In this document: in pieces, positions 52,119-60,372 of the stretch | How the letters are laid out: every line of letters begins with the position of its first letter | Position numbering within the stretch: the stretch's first letter is position 1 | Source of the DNA: a virus | Lineage: Duplodnaviria; Caudoviricetes | Virus record (IMG/VR): IMGVR_UViG_3300048086_000023 | Coordinates: 1-60,372 of that record | Length of the DNA: 60,372 nt | Reading direction: 5' to 3' (one strand) | Made by a program: the position numbers and the translations under genes | Notes under the pieces: generated by a model | What the model was told of the DNA's origin: nothing | The model's database searches: none | What the model saw: only the letters and a program-made list of their open reading frames with translations

Positions 52119-52627
52119 TCGGCGATCTCCCATCGATGCAGAGCGCGAGCCACACCCACACGATCTATGGATTGAGCAATCTTACGGAGCCGCTTGGCAT
52201 CGTCCAGGCTACCAACCCCGCCCTGCTCTACTCTGACGCGGGCCTCCTCCCCGCCTGGAACCCAGGCCGGCAGGCAGCGGCGCAGGGACAGTTTGCGTCC
52301 CCCCCTGGCGCGATGATCCAAACCCAACCCAAACCCCAAAAACCAAAGGAGATGCCCGTGAGCCGACGTCTTGTGCAGGTCTTTATCGCCGATCCCGACG
52401 AAAACGTTCCGCTCGAATCCTCGATGCTCTATTCCGGCGAACAGAAGCTGACCGACGCGACCGACCAGGAGCTGTTTTTCGAGATCGACATGAAGGCGAT
52501 CCTCCAAAGCCACAACGCGACGCGTGTCACGGTGGTCAACAAGAAGGTGAAGGAACGCACCGAGTACCTGGAGCCGGCGAAGATCCGCGATCTCAAAATG
52601 GTCGTGGTGAACGTCGCGACGTTCTGA
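52115..52627 (+). CDS. Hypothetical protein (possible internal start near 52352)
   Basis: Globular-looking C-terminal half RRLVQVFIADPDENVPL; AAGGAG precedes MPVS. Confidence 0.7.
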   Translation: MIGDLPSMQSASHTHTIYGLSNLTEPLGIVQATNPALLYSDAGLLPAWNPGRQAAAQGQFASPPGAMIQTQPKPQKPKEMPVSRRLVQVFIADPDENVPLESSMLYSGEQKLTDATDQELFFEIDMKAILQSHNATRVTVVNKKVKERTEYLEPAKIRDLKMVVVNVATF

Positions 52628-52827
52628 TGAAGCACAGCAAGGAAGAAGTCGACTACAGCAAGGGCATGATGCACTCGCACTGCGGCCCGACCTATCACGC
52701 GGACAGATTTTACTGCCTGCATTTCATCTTGCGTGCCGGGAAAGTAAGCGGCGAATGCCAGGTGGTCGAGGGCGGCATCATGCCGGAAATGTGGTGCGAA
52801 TTGTACAAGCGGATCAAGAAATCATGA
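52627..52827 (+). CDS. HiPIP-like four-Cys small protein
   Basis: C...C.HF...C.VV.G.I.P..WC..Y. Confidence 0.55.
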   Translation: MKHSKEEVDYSKGMMHSHCGPTYHADRFYCLHFILRAGKVSGECQVVEGGIMPEMWCELYKRIKKS

Positions 52828-53342
52828 CGCCCGCAACAATATCGACAGCGCGACTCACTTTGCGGCCCCTGAAGAAGCCGGCGCCGCGTAACCTGGCATG
52901 GCTGCGCGACCCGGAAGTGATGCGCTATTCGGAACAGCGTCACCAGACCCACACACTGAGTACCCAGCTCGCGTATGTCAGCTCGTTCCGGGGCAAGTCT
53001 CACCTATGGGGCATTTATCGCGTCGATACCGGAAATTATATCGGCAACCTGAGCGCCCGGCATGATGACCCGAACGATGTCACCGATGTTGGGATCATGA
53101 TCGGCGAACCGGGTTCCCTGCGGCAGGGATTGGGGCGAGAGGCCTGGATGGCGGCCTGTGACTGGTTGCTCAACAGGGAGAGTGGCAACGTAAGAAAGCT
53201 CGAAGCCGGTTGCATGAAGAGCAACGAGGCGATGCTGCGGATTATCCGGGGAAGCAAGTTCGTCCAGGAAGGCGAGTTGCCGGGGCATTTCCTGCTCAAG
53301 GGCAATCCCGAGTCGGCGATGCTGTTCGGGAGGATCCGATGA
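52824..53342 (+). CDS. RimJ/RimL-type GNAT N-acyltransferase
   Basis: TARL.LRPL, WL.DPEV..YS, YIGN, GI.IG....G.G.EA and AG....N.AM. Confidence 0.88.
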   Translation: MTPATISTARLTLRPLKKPAPRNLAWLRDPEVMRYSEQRHQTHTLSTQLAYVSSFRGKSHLWGIYRVDTGNYIGNLSARHDDPNDVTDVGIMIGEPGSLRQGLGREAWMAACDWLLNRESGNVRKLEAGCMKSNEAMLRIIRGSKFVQEGELPGHFLLKGNPESAMLFGRIR

Positions 53343-53521
53343 TGGAGCAACAGGACATTATCGACGAGATCTTCCGCATCCGGGTGATCAACAACATGCC
53401 GTGGAAGCGACTGATCGAGATCGCGCTGAAGCACGCGCCGGCAGAGACCCGGCGGGAGCTGGCCGCGATCAGCGAAAATGATCAACGGATTTCGGATCTG
53501 ACAAGGATGCTCACCCAATGA
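53339..53521 (+). CDS. Small helical protein
   Basis: IIDEI..IR..NN..W..L..IA...AP; coupled at both ends. Confidence 0.65.
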   Translation: MMEQQDIIDEIFRIRVINNMPWKRLIEIALKHAPAETRRELAAISENDQRISDLTRMLTQ

Positions 53522-53655
53522 CGCTCACCGAAGAGATCATGAAGCGGGCGCACAGCGTCGAGGGTGAAGGCGACGGCATCGTGATGGTGCTGATCCGTCT
53601 GGATGAGATCCTGGCGGCAGTCCGGGCCTACCGGCGCAAGAAGAGAGTCCGATGA
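53518..53655 (+). CDS. Small hypothetical protein (45 aa)
   Basis: ATGA overlaps on both sides. Confidence 0.5.
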   Translation: MTLTEEIMKRAHSVEGEGDGIVMVLIRLDEILAAVRAYRRKKRVR

Positions 53656-54557
53656 AATTTGGCATTGTCGGCTATGGCTCGATCGGCCAGCGGCATGCGG
53701 CCAATCTGCGGATGCTCGGTCGCGAGCCGGTGGTCTACGACCCGGCGGGTCTCATGGCTGTCCGCCTGGAGCGCAACATTTATGAGACCTGCGACGCAGT
53801 GGTGATTGCGACTCCGACCTATGTCCATTGGGGCTGCATCCGCGCTGCCGCCGAACGTGGCCGGCACATGCTCATTGAGAAGCCGATCGCCAACGGCGAT
53901 GTACCCGGCCTGGAGGCCTCGCTCGCGCTTGCGCGCAGCAAGGGTGCCGTGGTCATGATGGGGAACAACCTGCGTTTTCACCCCTGCGTCATGGAGGCCA
54001 AGACCTGGATGGACAGCGGCGAGGTCGGTAAGCCGATTTGGGCGGCGTTCACCTGTGCCACCACGACCACGAAACGGCCCTACCTCTCCGATGGCGTCAT
54101 TTTGAACACCGGGGCGCACGAGGTCGACCTGGCGCTCCACCTGTTGGGTCCGGCGAAGGTTCTGATTGCCAGCGTGCGGCTCAATCTCAGCGGCGGACAC
54201 GAAGACATCGCCCATTTCGTGCTGCAGCACGATAACGGGTGCCGATCGAGCTTCCATCTGGATTTTGTCACCGTGAACGAGGTGCGGCAGTTCCGAATCG
54301 TCGGAGATGATGGCGATCTGTTCTGCGATCTGCCGGCGCGATCGATGGTGACGCGGCTCGGTGACCTCAGGTTTCCCGGTGTCGTTCACTCCAATCATTT
54401 CACCGGTCCCGGATCTTACGACGATGACTACCTTGCGGAGATGAATGGCTTCATTGACCGCATCGAAGGCCGCGAAGCGCTTGGCGCGACCGGCGCCGAT
54501 GGGATCGAAACCCTCAAAATTCTTCTCGACGTTCGCAAAATGGCAGGATTGGCATGA
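53652..54557 (+). CDS. Gfo/Idh/MocA NAD(P)-dependent oxidoreductase
   Basis: GIVGYGSIG.RH, IATPT..H, IEKP, NLRFHP and HEVD. Confidence 0.92.
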   Translation: MKFGIVGYGSIGQRHAANLRMLGREPVVYDPAGLMAVRLERNIYETCDAVVIATPTYVHWGCIRAAAERGRHMLIEKPIANGDVPGLEASLALARSKGAVVMMGNNLRFHPCVMEAKTWMDSGEVGKPIWAAFTCATTTTKRPYLSDGVILNTGAHEVDLALHLLGPAKVLIASVRLNLSGGHEDIAHFVLQHDNGCRSSFHLDFVTVNEVRQFRIVGDDGDLFCDLPARSMVTRLGDLRFPGVVHSNHFTGPGSYDDDYLAEMNGFIDRIEGREALGATGADGIETLKILLDVRKMAGLA

Positions 54558-56551
54558 AGGTTGTTGCGGTTATCCAGGCAAGGATGGGATCGACCCGCCT
54601 GCCCGGCAAGGTGATGATGGATCTGGGCGGCCATCCGGTGTTGGAGTGGTCGGTGCGCGCCTGCCGCGCCGCGCCGGGTGTTGACGAGGTCTGGGTGGCG
54701 ACGTCGAAGCTGCCGGCTGATCTCGTGATTGCCGTATGGTGCGAAGCTCATGACATTCCATGTTTTCGCGGCTCCGAAACCGACGTTCTCTCGCGGTTTG
54801 TCGGGACCGCGAAAGAAAGCAACGCCGATGTCATCCTCCGCCTGACCGGTGACTGCCCATTTTTGGACCCACGGGCGATTGGCGACGTGGTCCGACTGCA
54901 GAAGCAAACCGGCGCCTCATTCGTGACCAATGTCAGCCCGCGCACCTATCCGGACGGTCTCGACGTGCAGGCAATGACCAAGTACGCGCTCTTTACGGCC
55001 GACAAGGAGGCGACCCGGCCGATCGACAGGGACGGCGTTTGTACCTGGATTGAGCGGAACCGGTCGCGCTTCGCTGCCGATACCGTGATCAACACGATTC
55101 CGAGCCTGGAGCATGAGCGCTGGGTGCTCGACACCGCCGACGACTACGATTTCTGCAAAGCGATCGCCTCGAATTGGCCCTGGGACAAGGGGGTACCCGG
55201 TATGCTCGATATTTTGGGCATTTTGGACGCGCACCCGCTGTTTCGGACGCTCAACGACCACCACCCGATGAACGAACGCTATTTTGAAGCCCTCGCATTG
55301 GAGCCGATCTATGAAAGGACGTATCAAAGGTCGCAAGCGCAGTTCGCCCGCGCCAAAGCGGTCATCCCGCTCGCTGCGCAAACCTTCAGCAAAAGCCATC
55401 TCCAATATGCTCAACCCTCTCCTCTCTTCCTATCCCACGGGCAGGGAGGACTTATCTGGGATATCGATGGAAATGAGTACGTTGATCTGGTGTCTGCGCT
55501 GCTCCCAAACATACTTGGATATCGCGATGGGGATGTTGATGTGGCGATCCGGCGGCAACTTAGCTCCGGTATTTCCTTCTCCCTCGCTACCGAGCTTGAA
55601 GCGGAGCTTGGAGAAACGCTATGTCGCCTCATCCCCTGCGCCGAAGCGATCCGGTTTGGCAAGTCTGGTACCGACGCGACGACGGCGGCGATCCGCCTCG
55701 CGCGCGCGTACACGGGGCGCGAAAAAATCCTGATCTGCGGCGGATACCACGGCTGGGCGGATTGGAGCACCGAGCGCAATCTCGGTGTGCCGGCGCACGT
55801 CAAGGCGTTGACCACGCGCGTTCGATTCGGCGAAGCCCCCGGCGAATCGTTTTCGAATTTTGCTGCGGTCATTGTCGAGCCGGAGGGAAAGCCGGAATAC
55901 TTGAAGGAGTTGCGGCGCGCATGCGACGTTACCGGCACCGTCCTGATCTTCGATGAGGTCATCACCGGATTTCGCTTCGATTTGGGCGGCGCGCAGAAGC
56001 TTTGGGGCGTGACGCCGGATCTCGCCACCTTCGGGAAGGCCATGGCCAACGGCATGCCGCTGTCCGCCGTGGTCGGCCGGCGCGATATCATGGCGAAGAT
56101 GGAACCGCCTGATAATATCTTCTATAGCGGAACGTTCTTTGGCGAAACGCTGTCGCTAGCGGCGAGCCTTGCGACCATCCGGAAGCTGGAGCGGAATGAC
56201 ATCATTCCGAAGCTTTGGGAGACCGGGAACTGGCTGGAAGGCGAGGTCAGGTATCGCATTCAAGACAACAAGCTCGACGGCTTTATCCGGACATGCGGCG
56301 AAGCACCGCTCATTCGCCTGAAATTCCATGACGACAAGATCGCCGCGCTTTTCCGCAAGGAGATGGTTGCCTCCGGCACGCTGATCACCGCGAGTCACAA
56401 CCTCTGTGCCGCGCATGGGCCGGGGGAGATCGTGCGCATCCTCAAGTCTTATGACCATGCGCTCAGCATCGTAAGCCAGGCCATCCTGCGAGGCGATGTC
56501 GAGGAGCGCCTGGCCGGGGGAAGCGTTGCACCGATGGTCCGCACTTCATGA
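54554..56551 (+). CDS. Fusion of SpsF-like cytidylyltransferase and class III (GSA-like) aminotransferase
   Basis: IQARMGSTRLPGKV, GSE.DVL.RF and R.TGDCP; then D.DGNEY.D, FGKSG.DA, YHGW, FDEVITGFR and FGKAMANG. Confidence 0.92.
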   Translation: MKVVAVIQARMGSTRLPGKVMMDLGGHPVLEWSVRACRAAPGVDEVWVATSKLPADLVIAVWCEAHDIPCFRGSETDVLSRFVGTAKESNADVILRLTGDCPFLDPRAIGDVVRLQKQTGASFVTNVSPRTYPDGLDVQAMTKYALFTADKEATRPIDRDGVCTWIERNRSRFAADTVINTIPSLEHERWVLDTADDYDFCKAIASNWPWDKGVPGMLDILGILDAHPLFRTLNDHHPMNERYFEALALEPIYERTYQRSQAQFARAKAVIPLAAQTFSKSHLQYAQPSPLFLSHGQGGLIWDIDGNEYVDLVSALLPNILGYRDGDVDVAIRRQLSSGISFSLATELEAELGETLCRLIPCAEAIRFGKSGTDATTAAIRLARAYTGREKILICGGYHGWADWSTERNLGVPAHVKALTTRVRFGEAPGESFSNFAAVIVEPEGKPEYLKELRRACDVTGTVLIFDEVITGFRFDLGGAQKLWGVTPDLATFGKAMANGMPLSAVVGRRDIMAKMEPPDNIFYSGTFFGETLSLAASLATIRKLERNDIIPKLWETGNWLEGEVRYRIQDNKLDGFIRTCGEAPLIRLKFHDDKIAALFRKEMVASGTLITASHNLCAAHGPGEIVRILKSYDHALSIVSQAILRGDVEERLAGGSVAPMVRTS

Positions 56552-57393
56552 CATCCATCCTGATCACGGGCGGTTCCGGGGCGTTCGGGACCGCCTGCGC
56601 AAAGCGCCTCCTGATCAATTCGGGCTGCAGCCGGCTTGTGATCTATTCAAGAAGTGAGCACCGGCAAGCCGATATGGCGCGCGAAATTGGTCCGGACCTC
56701 CGCCTGCGCTTTTTCATCGGCGACGTGCGCGACCGGGACCGGCTGCGGCGGGCGATGGAGGGCATCGAGGTGGTGATCCACGCCGCCGCGCTGAAGCGGA
56801 TCGAGACCGGCGCCTACAATCCCCTGGAGGTCAAGAAAACCAACATTGACGGCGCCGCCAACGTGATCGAGGCGGCGACCGATGCCGGCGTTGCCAAGGT
56901 CGTCGCCTTATCAAGTGATAAGGCCTTTGAGCCGGTCAGCCCCTACGGGACCAGTAAGGCCTTCGCGGAGTCGCTTTTCCTGGCCGCGAACAACACCAGG
57001 GGTAACTACGGCCCGATTTTTGCGGTCTGCCGCTACGGCAATGTCTGGAATAGCACAGGTTCGGTGGTCCCGACCTGGCGTAAGATATTAGAGACCGCAA
57101 AGGCCGTTCCGGTGACCGACCCTGAATGTACACGGTTTTTTATGACGATGGACGAGGCGGTGAGTCTGGTTTTGGACACTGCGAACAACATGAAAGGAGG
57201 AGAGATTGCGATTCCCGCGCTGCCGGCCTATCGTCTCGGTGACCTCGCCGAAGCCATGGGTGCAGAAATGGAAATTCGAGGGCTTCCGGCATTTGAGAAA
57301 CGTCACGAAAGCATGGGGGCCGGCAACGGCAGCGAACATGCACGCCGAATGTCCATCGACGAATTGCGGGAGGCTCTTCTATGCGGATCATGA
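56548..57393 (+). CDS. UDP-GlcNAc 4,6-dehydratase, PseB/FlaA1-like
   Basis: ITGGSG.FG, RFFIGDVRD, HAAALK, YNP.E..KTN..GA.NV, ALSSDKA, YG.SK, RYGNV..S.GSV and TRF. Confidence 0.9.
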   Translation: MTSILITGGSGAFGTACAKRLLINSGCSRLVIYSRSEHRQADMAREIGPDLRLRFFIGDVRDRDRLRRAMEGIEVVIHAAALKRIETGAYNPLEVKKTNIDGAANVIEAATDAGVAKVVALSSDKAFEPVSPYGTSKAFAESLFLAANNTRGNYGPIFAVCRYGNVWNSTGSVVPTWRKILETAKAVPVTDPECTRFFMTMDEAVSLVLDTANNMKGGEIAIPALPAYRLGDLAEAMGAEMEIRGLPAFEKRHESMGAGNGSEHARRMSIDELREALLCGS

Positions 57394-58250
57394 TGTCTGC
57401 TGCCGCATCTCCGGTAGCACCGGGGATCATCCGGCACCTGAAATCGCTTGGCCACTACGTCATAGCTCATGACTGCCTGCCCTTTGGGGCTGGCGTCGCC
57501 GATGAATTCCACGTTTCGCCGCTGGCGACCGAGCCGGAATACCTTGATTTCATCATCGGCAAGGACCCGGACATCTATCTTCCGTTTCTGGACGAGGAGC
57601 TACGGGCGTTCGATCGGATCACCTGGCGCAGCGGCACCTGGTCGCCGCACGAGACCATCAAGATATTTACGAGCAAGGTAAAGCAGCAGAACGCATTCGA
57701 GCGAATGCGGCTTCCGGTGGCGCCGCGATCGGACGGCGGCCCGAGCTTTGCCAAGCCGGACATGGGACGCGGCGGCAAGGGCATTATCAAGATCGATAGC
57801 TGGCCGATGTACGACGGCGTGCAGGAAGATGGCCACTTTCTGCTGCAGAAGGCGATCGAGGGCGATGAATACACCGTTGATGTTCTGACCGGCCTTGATG
57901 GCAAGTTCCTGTTCGCGGTGCCGCGCCTGCGGATCATCACCAACGGGGTTTCCGTGATCGGCAAGGTGGTGATGGACGAGGGAATCATCAGCCTCGCCAA
58001 GGATATCGTCGCCGCCTTCCATTTCATGGGACCGATCAACATCCAGATGGTGCGAGAGGCCGGGACGCGGAAACTTTACATCATTGAGCTGAACCCGCGC
58101 CTGTCCGGCTCGTGCATGTTCACGGTGATGGCGGGATTCGACATTCTGAACGCGACAATCCGGGTCTGGGCCGGGCAACCGTTCGAACCGCCGGCCAAGG
58201 TCGACGAGATCACCATCCGGCGGACCTACGTGGAGGAGTACGTCGCGTGA
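57381..58250 (+). CDS. ATP-grasp ligase
   Basis: KP..GRGGKG, Q..I.G.EYTVD, GPINIQ and IELNPRLSG. Confidence 0.9.
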   Translation: MRIMMSAAASPVAPGIIRHLKSLGHYVIAHDCLPFGAGVADEFHVSPLATEPEYLDFIIGKDPDIYLPFLDEELRAFDRITWRSGTWSPHETIKIFTSKVKQQNAFERMRLPVAPRSDGGPSFAKPDMGRGGKGIIKIDSWPMYDGVQEDGHFLLQKAIEGDEYTVDVLTGLDGKFLFAVPRLRIITNGVSVIGKVVMDEGIISLAKDIVAAFHFMGPINIQMVREAGTRKLYIIELNPRLSGSCMFTVMAGFDILNATIRVWAGQPFEPPAKVDEITIRRTYVEEYVA

Positions 58251-58903
58251 GTGAGCGCGTTCTTGTCATCGCCGCGCATCCCGATGACGAAGTGCTTGGC
58301 TGCGGCGGCACCATGGCGCGGCATGTCGCCGATGGCGACGACGTCAATGTTCTCTTCGTCGCCGATGGCGAGACCTCACGCGGCATGAAGGCATTGCCGA
58401 ATCGCAACCTGATGGCGCTCGCCGCGAGCCAGATAATCGGGACCAAACCGCCGCAGTTTCTCGATTTTTCCGACCAGCGGCTTGATCAGCTCGCGCTCCT
58501 GGACATCGTCAAGCTGATCGAGGTGCACGCCTTCATGATCAAGCCGACGATTGTCTATACCCACCACGCCGACGACCTCAATCTTGACCACAGGATTGTG
58601 CATCGGGCGACAATGACGGCCTGCCGGCCGCTGCCGGGCAGCTCGGTCAACGCGATCTATGCCTTTGAGGTGCTATCCTCCACGGAATGGGGCACCGGGT
58701 TCGCACCGAACCATTTCGTTGATGTCAGCGGGCAAATGTCGATCGCCAAAATGCATGCGCTCGAATGCTACACGTCCGAGATGCGTGACCATCCTCATCC
58801 CAGATCGTTCGAGGCAGCCAACCATTTGGAAAAACTGCGCGGCGCATTTTGCGGCGTCGATCGCGCCGAAGCCTTCATGACGCTGCGGAACATCCGGCGA
58901 TGA
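58247..58903 (+). CDS. PIG-L/LmbE-family N-deacetylase
   Basis: AAHPDDE.LG.GG, TH...D...DH and AEAF; GTG start overlaps the upstream TGA. Confidence 0.92.
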   Translation: MSERVLVIAAHPDDEVLGCGGTMARHVADGDDVNVLFVADGETSRGMKALPNRNLMALAASQIIGTKPPQFLDFSDQRLDQLALLDIVKLIEVHAFMIKPTIVYTHHADDLNLDHRIVHRATMTACRPLPGSSVNAIYAFEVLSSTEWGTGFAPNHFVDVSGQMSIAKMHALECYTSEMRDHPHPRSFEAANHLEKLRGAFCGVDRAEAFMTLRNIRR

Positions 58904-59355
58904 CCTTTCTTCGGCCAGCGACCCTTCGGGACGCGGACACCCTTTTTGCCTGGCGCAACGATCCGGTGACGCAGGCCTGCTTTCGGAGCACGGCCCCGGT
59001 GCCGCGCGAGGATCATGATCAGTGGATGCAGTTTAATGTCGCGCAGGGCTACCCGGAGCACCTGGTGATGATCGTCGAGGACGAAAACCTTGGTTCGGTC
59101 GGCGTGATCCGGTTCGATGCCGATCGCGGCGACGTCATGAGCTACAATGCGTCGATTACCATGGCGCCGAGGCTGCGCGGCCGGGGCATGGCGCGCGCGG
59201 CGCTGGCGCAGGCCTGCGGCTACATGCACGAATACGCCATCAATGCCGAAATCCGTAAGAGCAACATCCGGTCACGAAAGATCTTCCGGCAGTGCGGTTT
59301 CGAGCCGGTCACCGATGAGGGGGATTTTGTGACCTACCGGAGGGAGCCGCTTTAA
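58900..59355 (+). CDS. PseH-like GNAT N-acyltransferase
   Basis: LRPA...D...L..WRND, H..W, G..RFD, RGRG and N..S.K.F...GF. Confidence 0.88.
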   Translation: MTFLRPATLRDADTLFAWRNDPVTQACFRSTAPVPREDHDQWMQFNVAQGYPEHLVMIVEDENLGSVGVIRFDADRGDVMSYNASITMAPRLRGRGMARAALAQACGYMHEYAINAEIRKSNIRSRKIFRQCGFEPVTDEGDFVTYRREPL

Positions 59356-60372
59356 TGGACATGAGAAAGTACAATGCCGTTGGCCTGGAGGACCATAAAT
59401 TTCTTTGGCGCATGTTCCGAAATCCTGATGAATTCCCGCTTTCCGGCTACCTCGCCGGCAAGGCGCGTGGCGGCATTTTCGTCGAAAACCTGGAGACCGA
59501 GTGGGCGCAAATGTTCGGCGTGAAACATGCCATTGCCTGCAATTCAGCGACCTCCGGCCTTTTGGCGGCGGCGTTCGCCGTCGGGCTCGGTCCGGGTGAC
59601 AGCTTTGCCTGCCCGGCGATGACCATGAGCGCCACGGCGGCGGCGCCGATGTTCACCGGGGCAAAACCGTACTTCTGCGATGTCAACGACGTGGATTTCG
59701 GCATGGTGCCGGGGCGGATGCCGGGAAATATGAGGGCGATCTTCACGACGAACCTGTTCGGGCAGGCGAGTGAGCTTGGACGGCGCGAATGGCATGCGGG
59801 CGAAGGCCCGCACCGGACTTATCTGATCGAAGACAATTCGCAATCGCCATTCGCGATGACCTCCAATGGCCGCTATGCCGGCACCAATGGAAGCATCGGC
59901 GTCTTTTCGCTGAACGTCCACAAGCACATGCAGTGCGGCGAAGGCGGCATGGTGGTGACCGATGACGATGAGCTGGCGCGCAAACTGCGCGCCTTCATCA
60001 ATCACGGCGAACACAGCGGCGGTCCAATCGGCCTCAACCTGCGCATGCCGGAGCTGTGCGCAGGCGTCGCCCTGGCGCAGCTCCGGCGCGGCAAGGAAAT
60101 GGTGCAGAACCGGGTGGACCAAGCGGAGGCGATCCTCGCCGCCATCGGCGACATCTCCGGTCTGCGCATGCCGGTGGTCCGGCCTGGGTGCACCCATGTC
60201 TACTACGTGATCCCGTTCCTGATCGAAGACGGGTCCGCGCGCGCCGCCTTCTGCGGCATCCTGCAGAACCTTGGCGTCCCGATCACGGTGGGGTATCAGG
60301 AGCCGCTTTACCGCCTACCGGCGTTCAAGGCCTTCGCAAGAAGTTGTCCGGTCGCCGAAGACCTGCAGGATA
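59355..60372 (+). CDS. DegT/DnrJ/EryC1/StrS sugar aminotransferase, truncated by the window edge
   Basis: Manual translation from ATG 59355: AIACNSATSGL, IEDNSQS and GVFSLNVHKHMQCGEGGMVVT (PLP lysine). Confidence 0.92.
   Translation, partial: MDMRKYNAVGLEDHKFLWRMFRNPDEFPLSGYLAGKARGGIFVENLETEWAQMFGVKHAIACNSATSGLLAAAFAVGLGPGDSFACPAMTMSATAAAPMFTGAKPYFCDVNDVDFGMVPGRMPGNMRAIFTTNLFGQASELGRREWHAGEGPHRTYLIEDNSQSPFAMTSNGRYAGTNGSIGVFSLNVHKHMQCGEGGMVVTDDDELARKLRAFINHGEHSGGPIGLNLRMPELCAGVALAQLRRGKEMVQNRVDQAEAILAAIGDISGLRMPVVRPGCTHVYYVIPFLIEDGSARAAFCGILQNLGVPITVGYQEPLYRLPAFKAFARSCPVAEDLQD

Larger units (their letters stand above)
1..60372. mobile_element. Temperate phage genome (podovirus-like), near complete; both ends truncated inside glycosylation-related genes
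   Basis: Terminase, portal, scaffold, capsid, adaptor/nozzle, ejection proteins, lysin, integrase, RecET and helicase in modular order. No host housekeeping genes and no tape-measure or sheath gene seen. Confidence 0.95.

Noticed and set aside
55300-56551. hemL (tetrapyrrole synthesis) auxiliary gene
   Set aside because: The GSA-like domain is fused to a cytidylyltransferase within a sugar operon, and no other hem genes are present.

Overview
The whole window reads as a near-complete temperate phage genome with podovirus-like (short-tail, DNA-ejection protein) architecture. An alphaproteobacterial, Bradyrhizobium/Rhizobiales-like host is inferred from the style of its XRE, Crp/Fnr and GapR-like genes. 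From left to right: (1) accessory and regulatory genes, starting with a truncated GtrA-like gene; (2) a candidate intact attP, tyrosine integrase and overlapping excisionase; (3) an Acb2/Tad1-like anti-defence gene, ParB-like genes and RecT/RecE; (4) a divergent control/origin region, then Cro-like, GapR-like, RuvC-like and RepA-type helicase genes; (5) a long minus-strand late operon (terminase, portal, GroES, scaffold, capsid, many Ser/Thr-rich virion proteins, adaptor/nozzle, fibre and ejection proteins, lysis genes); (6) a plus-strand nonulosonic-acid-type sugar operon that runs off the right edge. The three most notable observations are: (a) a ~370-nt non-coding RNA at 2.58-2.95 kb with TWO circularly permuted, anticodon-less tRNA modules, directly behind an uncharacterised 245-aa protein and with no Ro60/Rsr gene in the window; (b) a candidate virion glycosylation system (pseudaminic/legionaminic-like pathway, a Maf/sialyltransferase-like gene inside the structural operon, and Ser/Thr-rich virion proteins); (c) a probable -1 programmed frameshift at 40.8 kb that the ORF track misses. 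All protein assignments come from motif recognition by eye; no database search was run.
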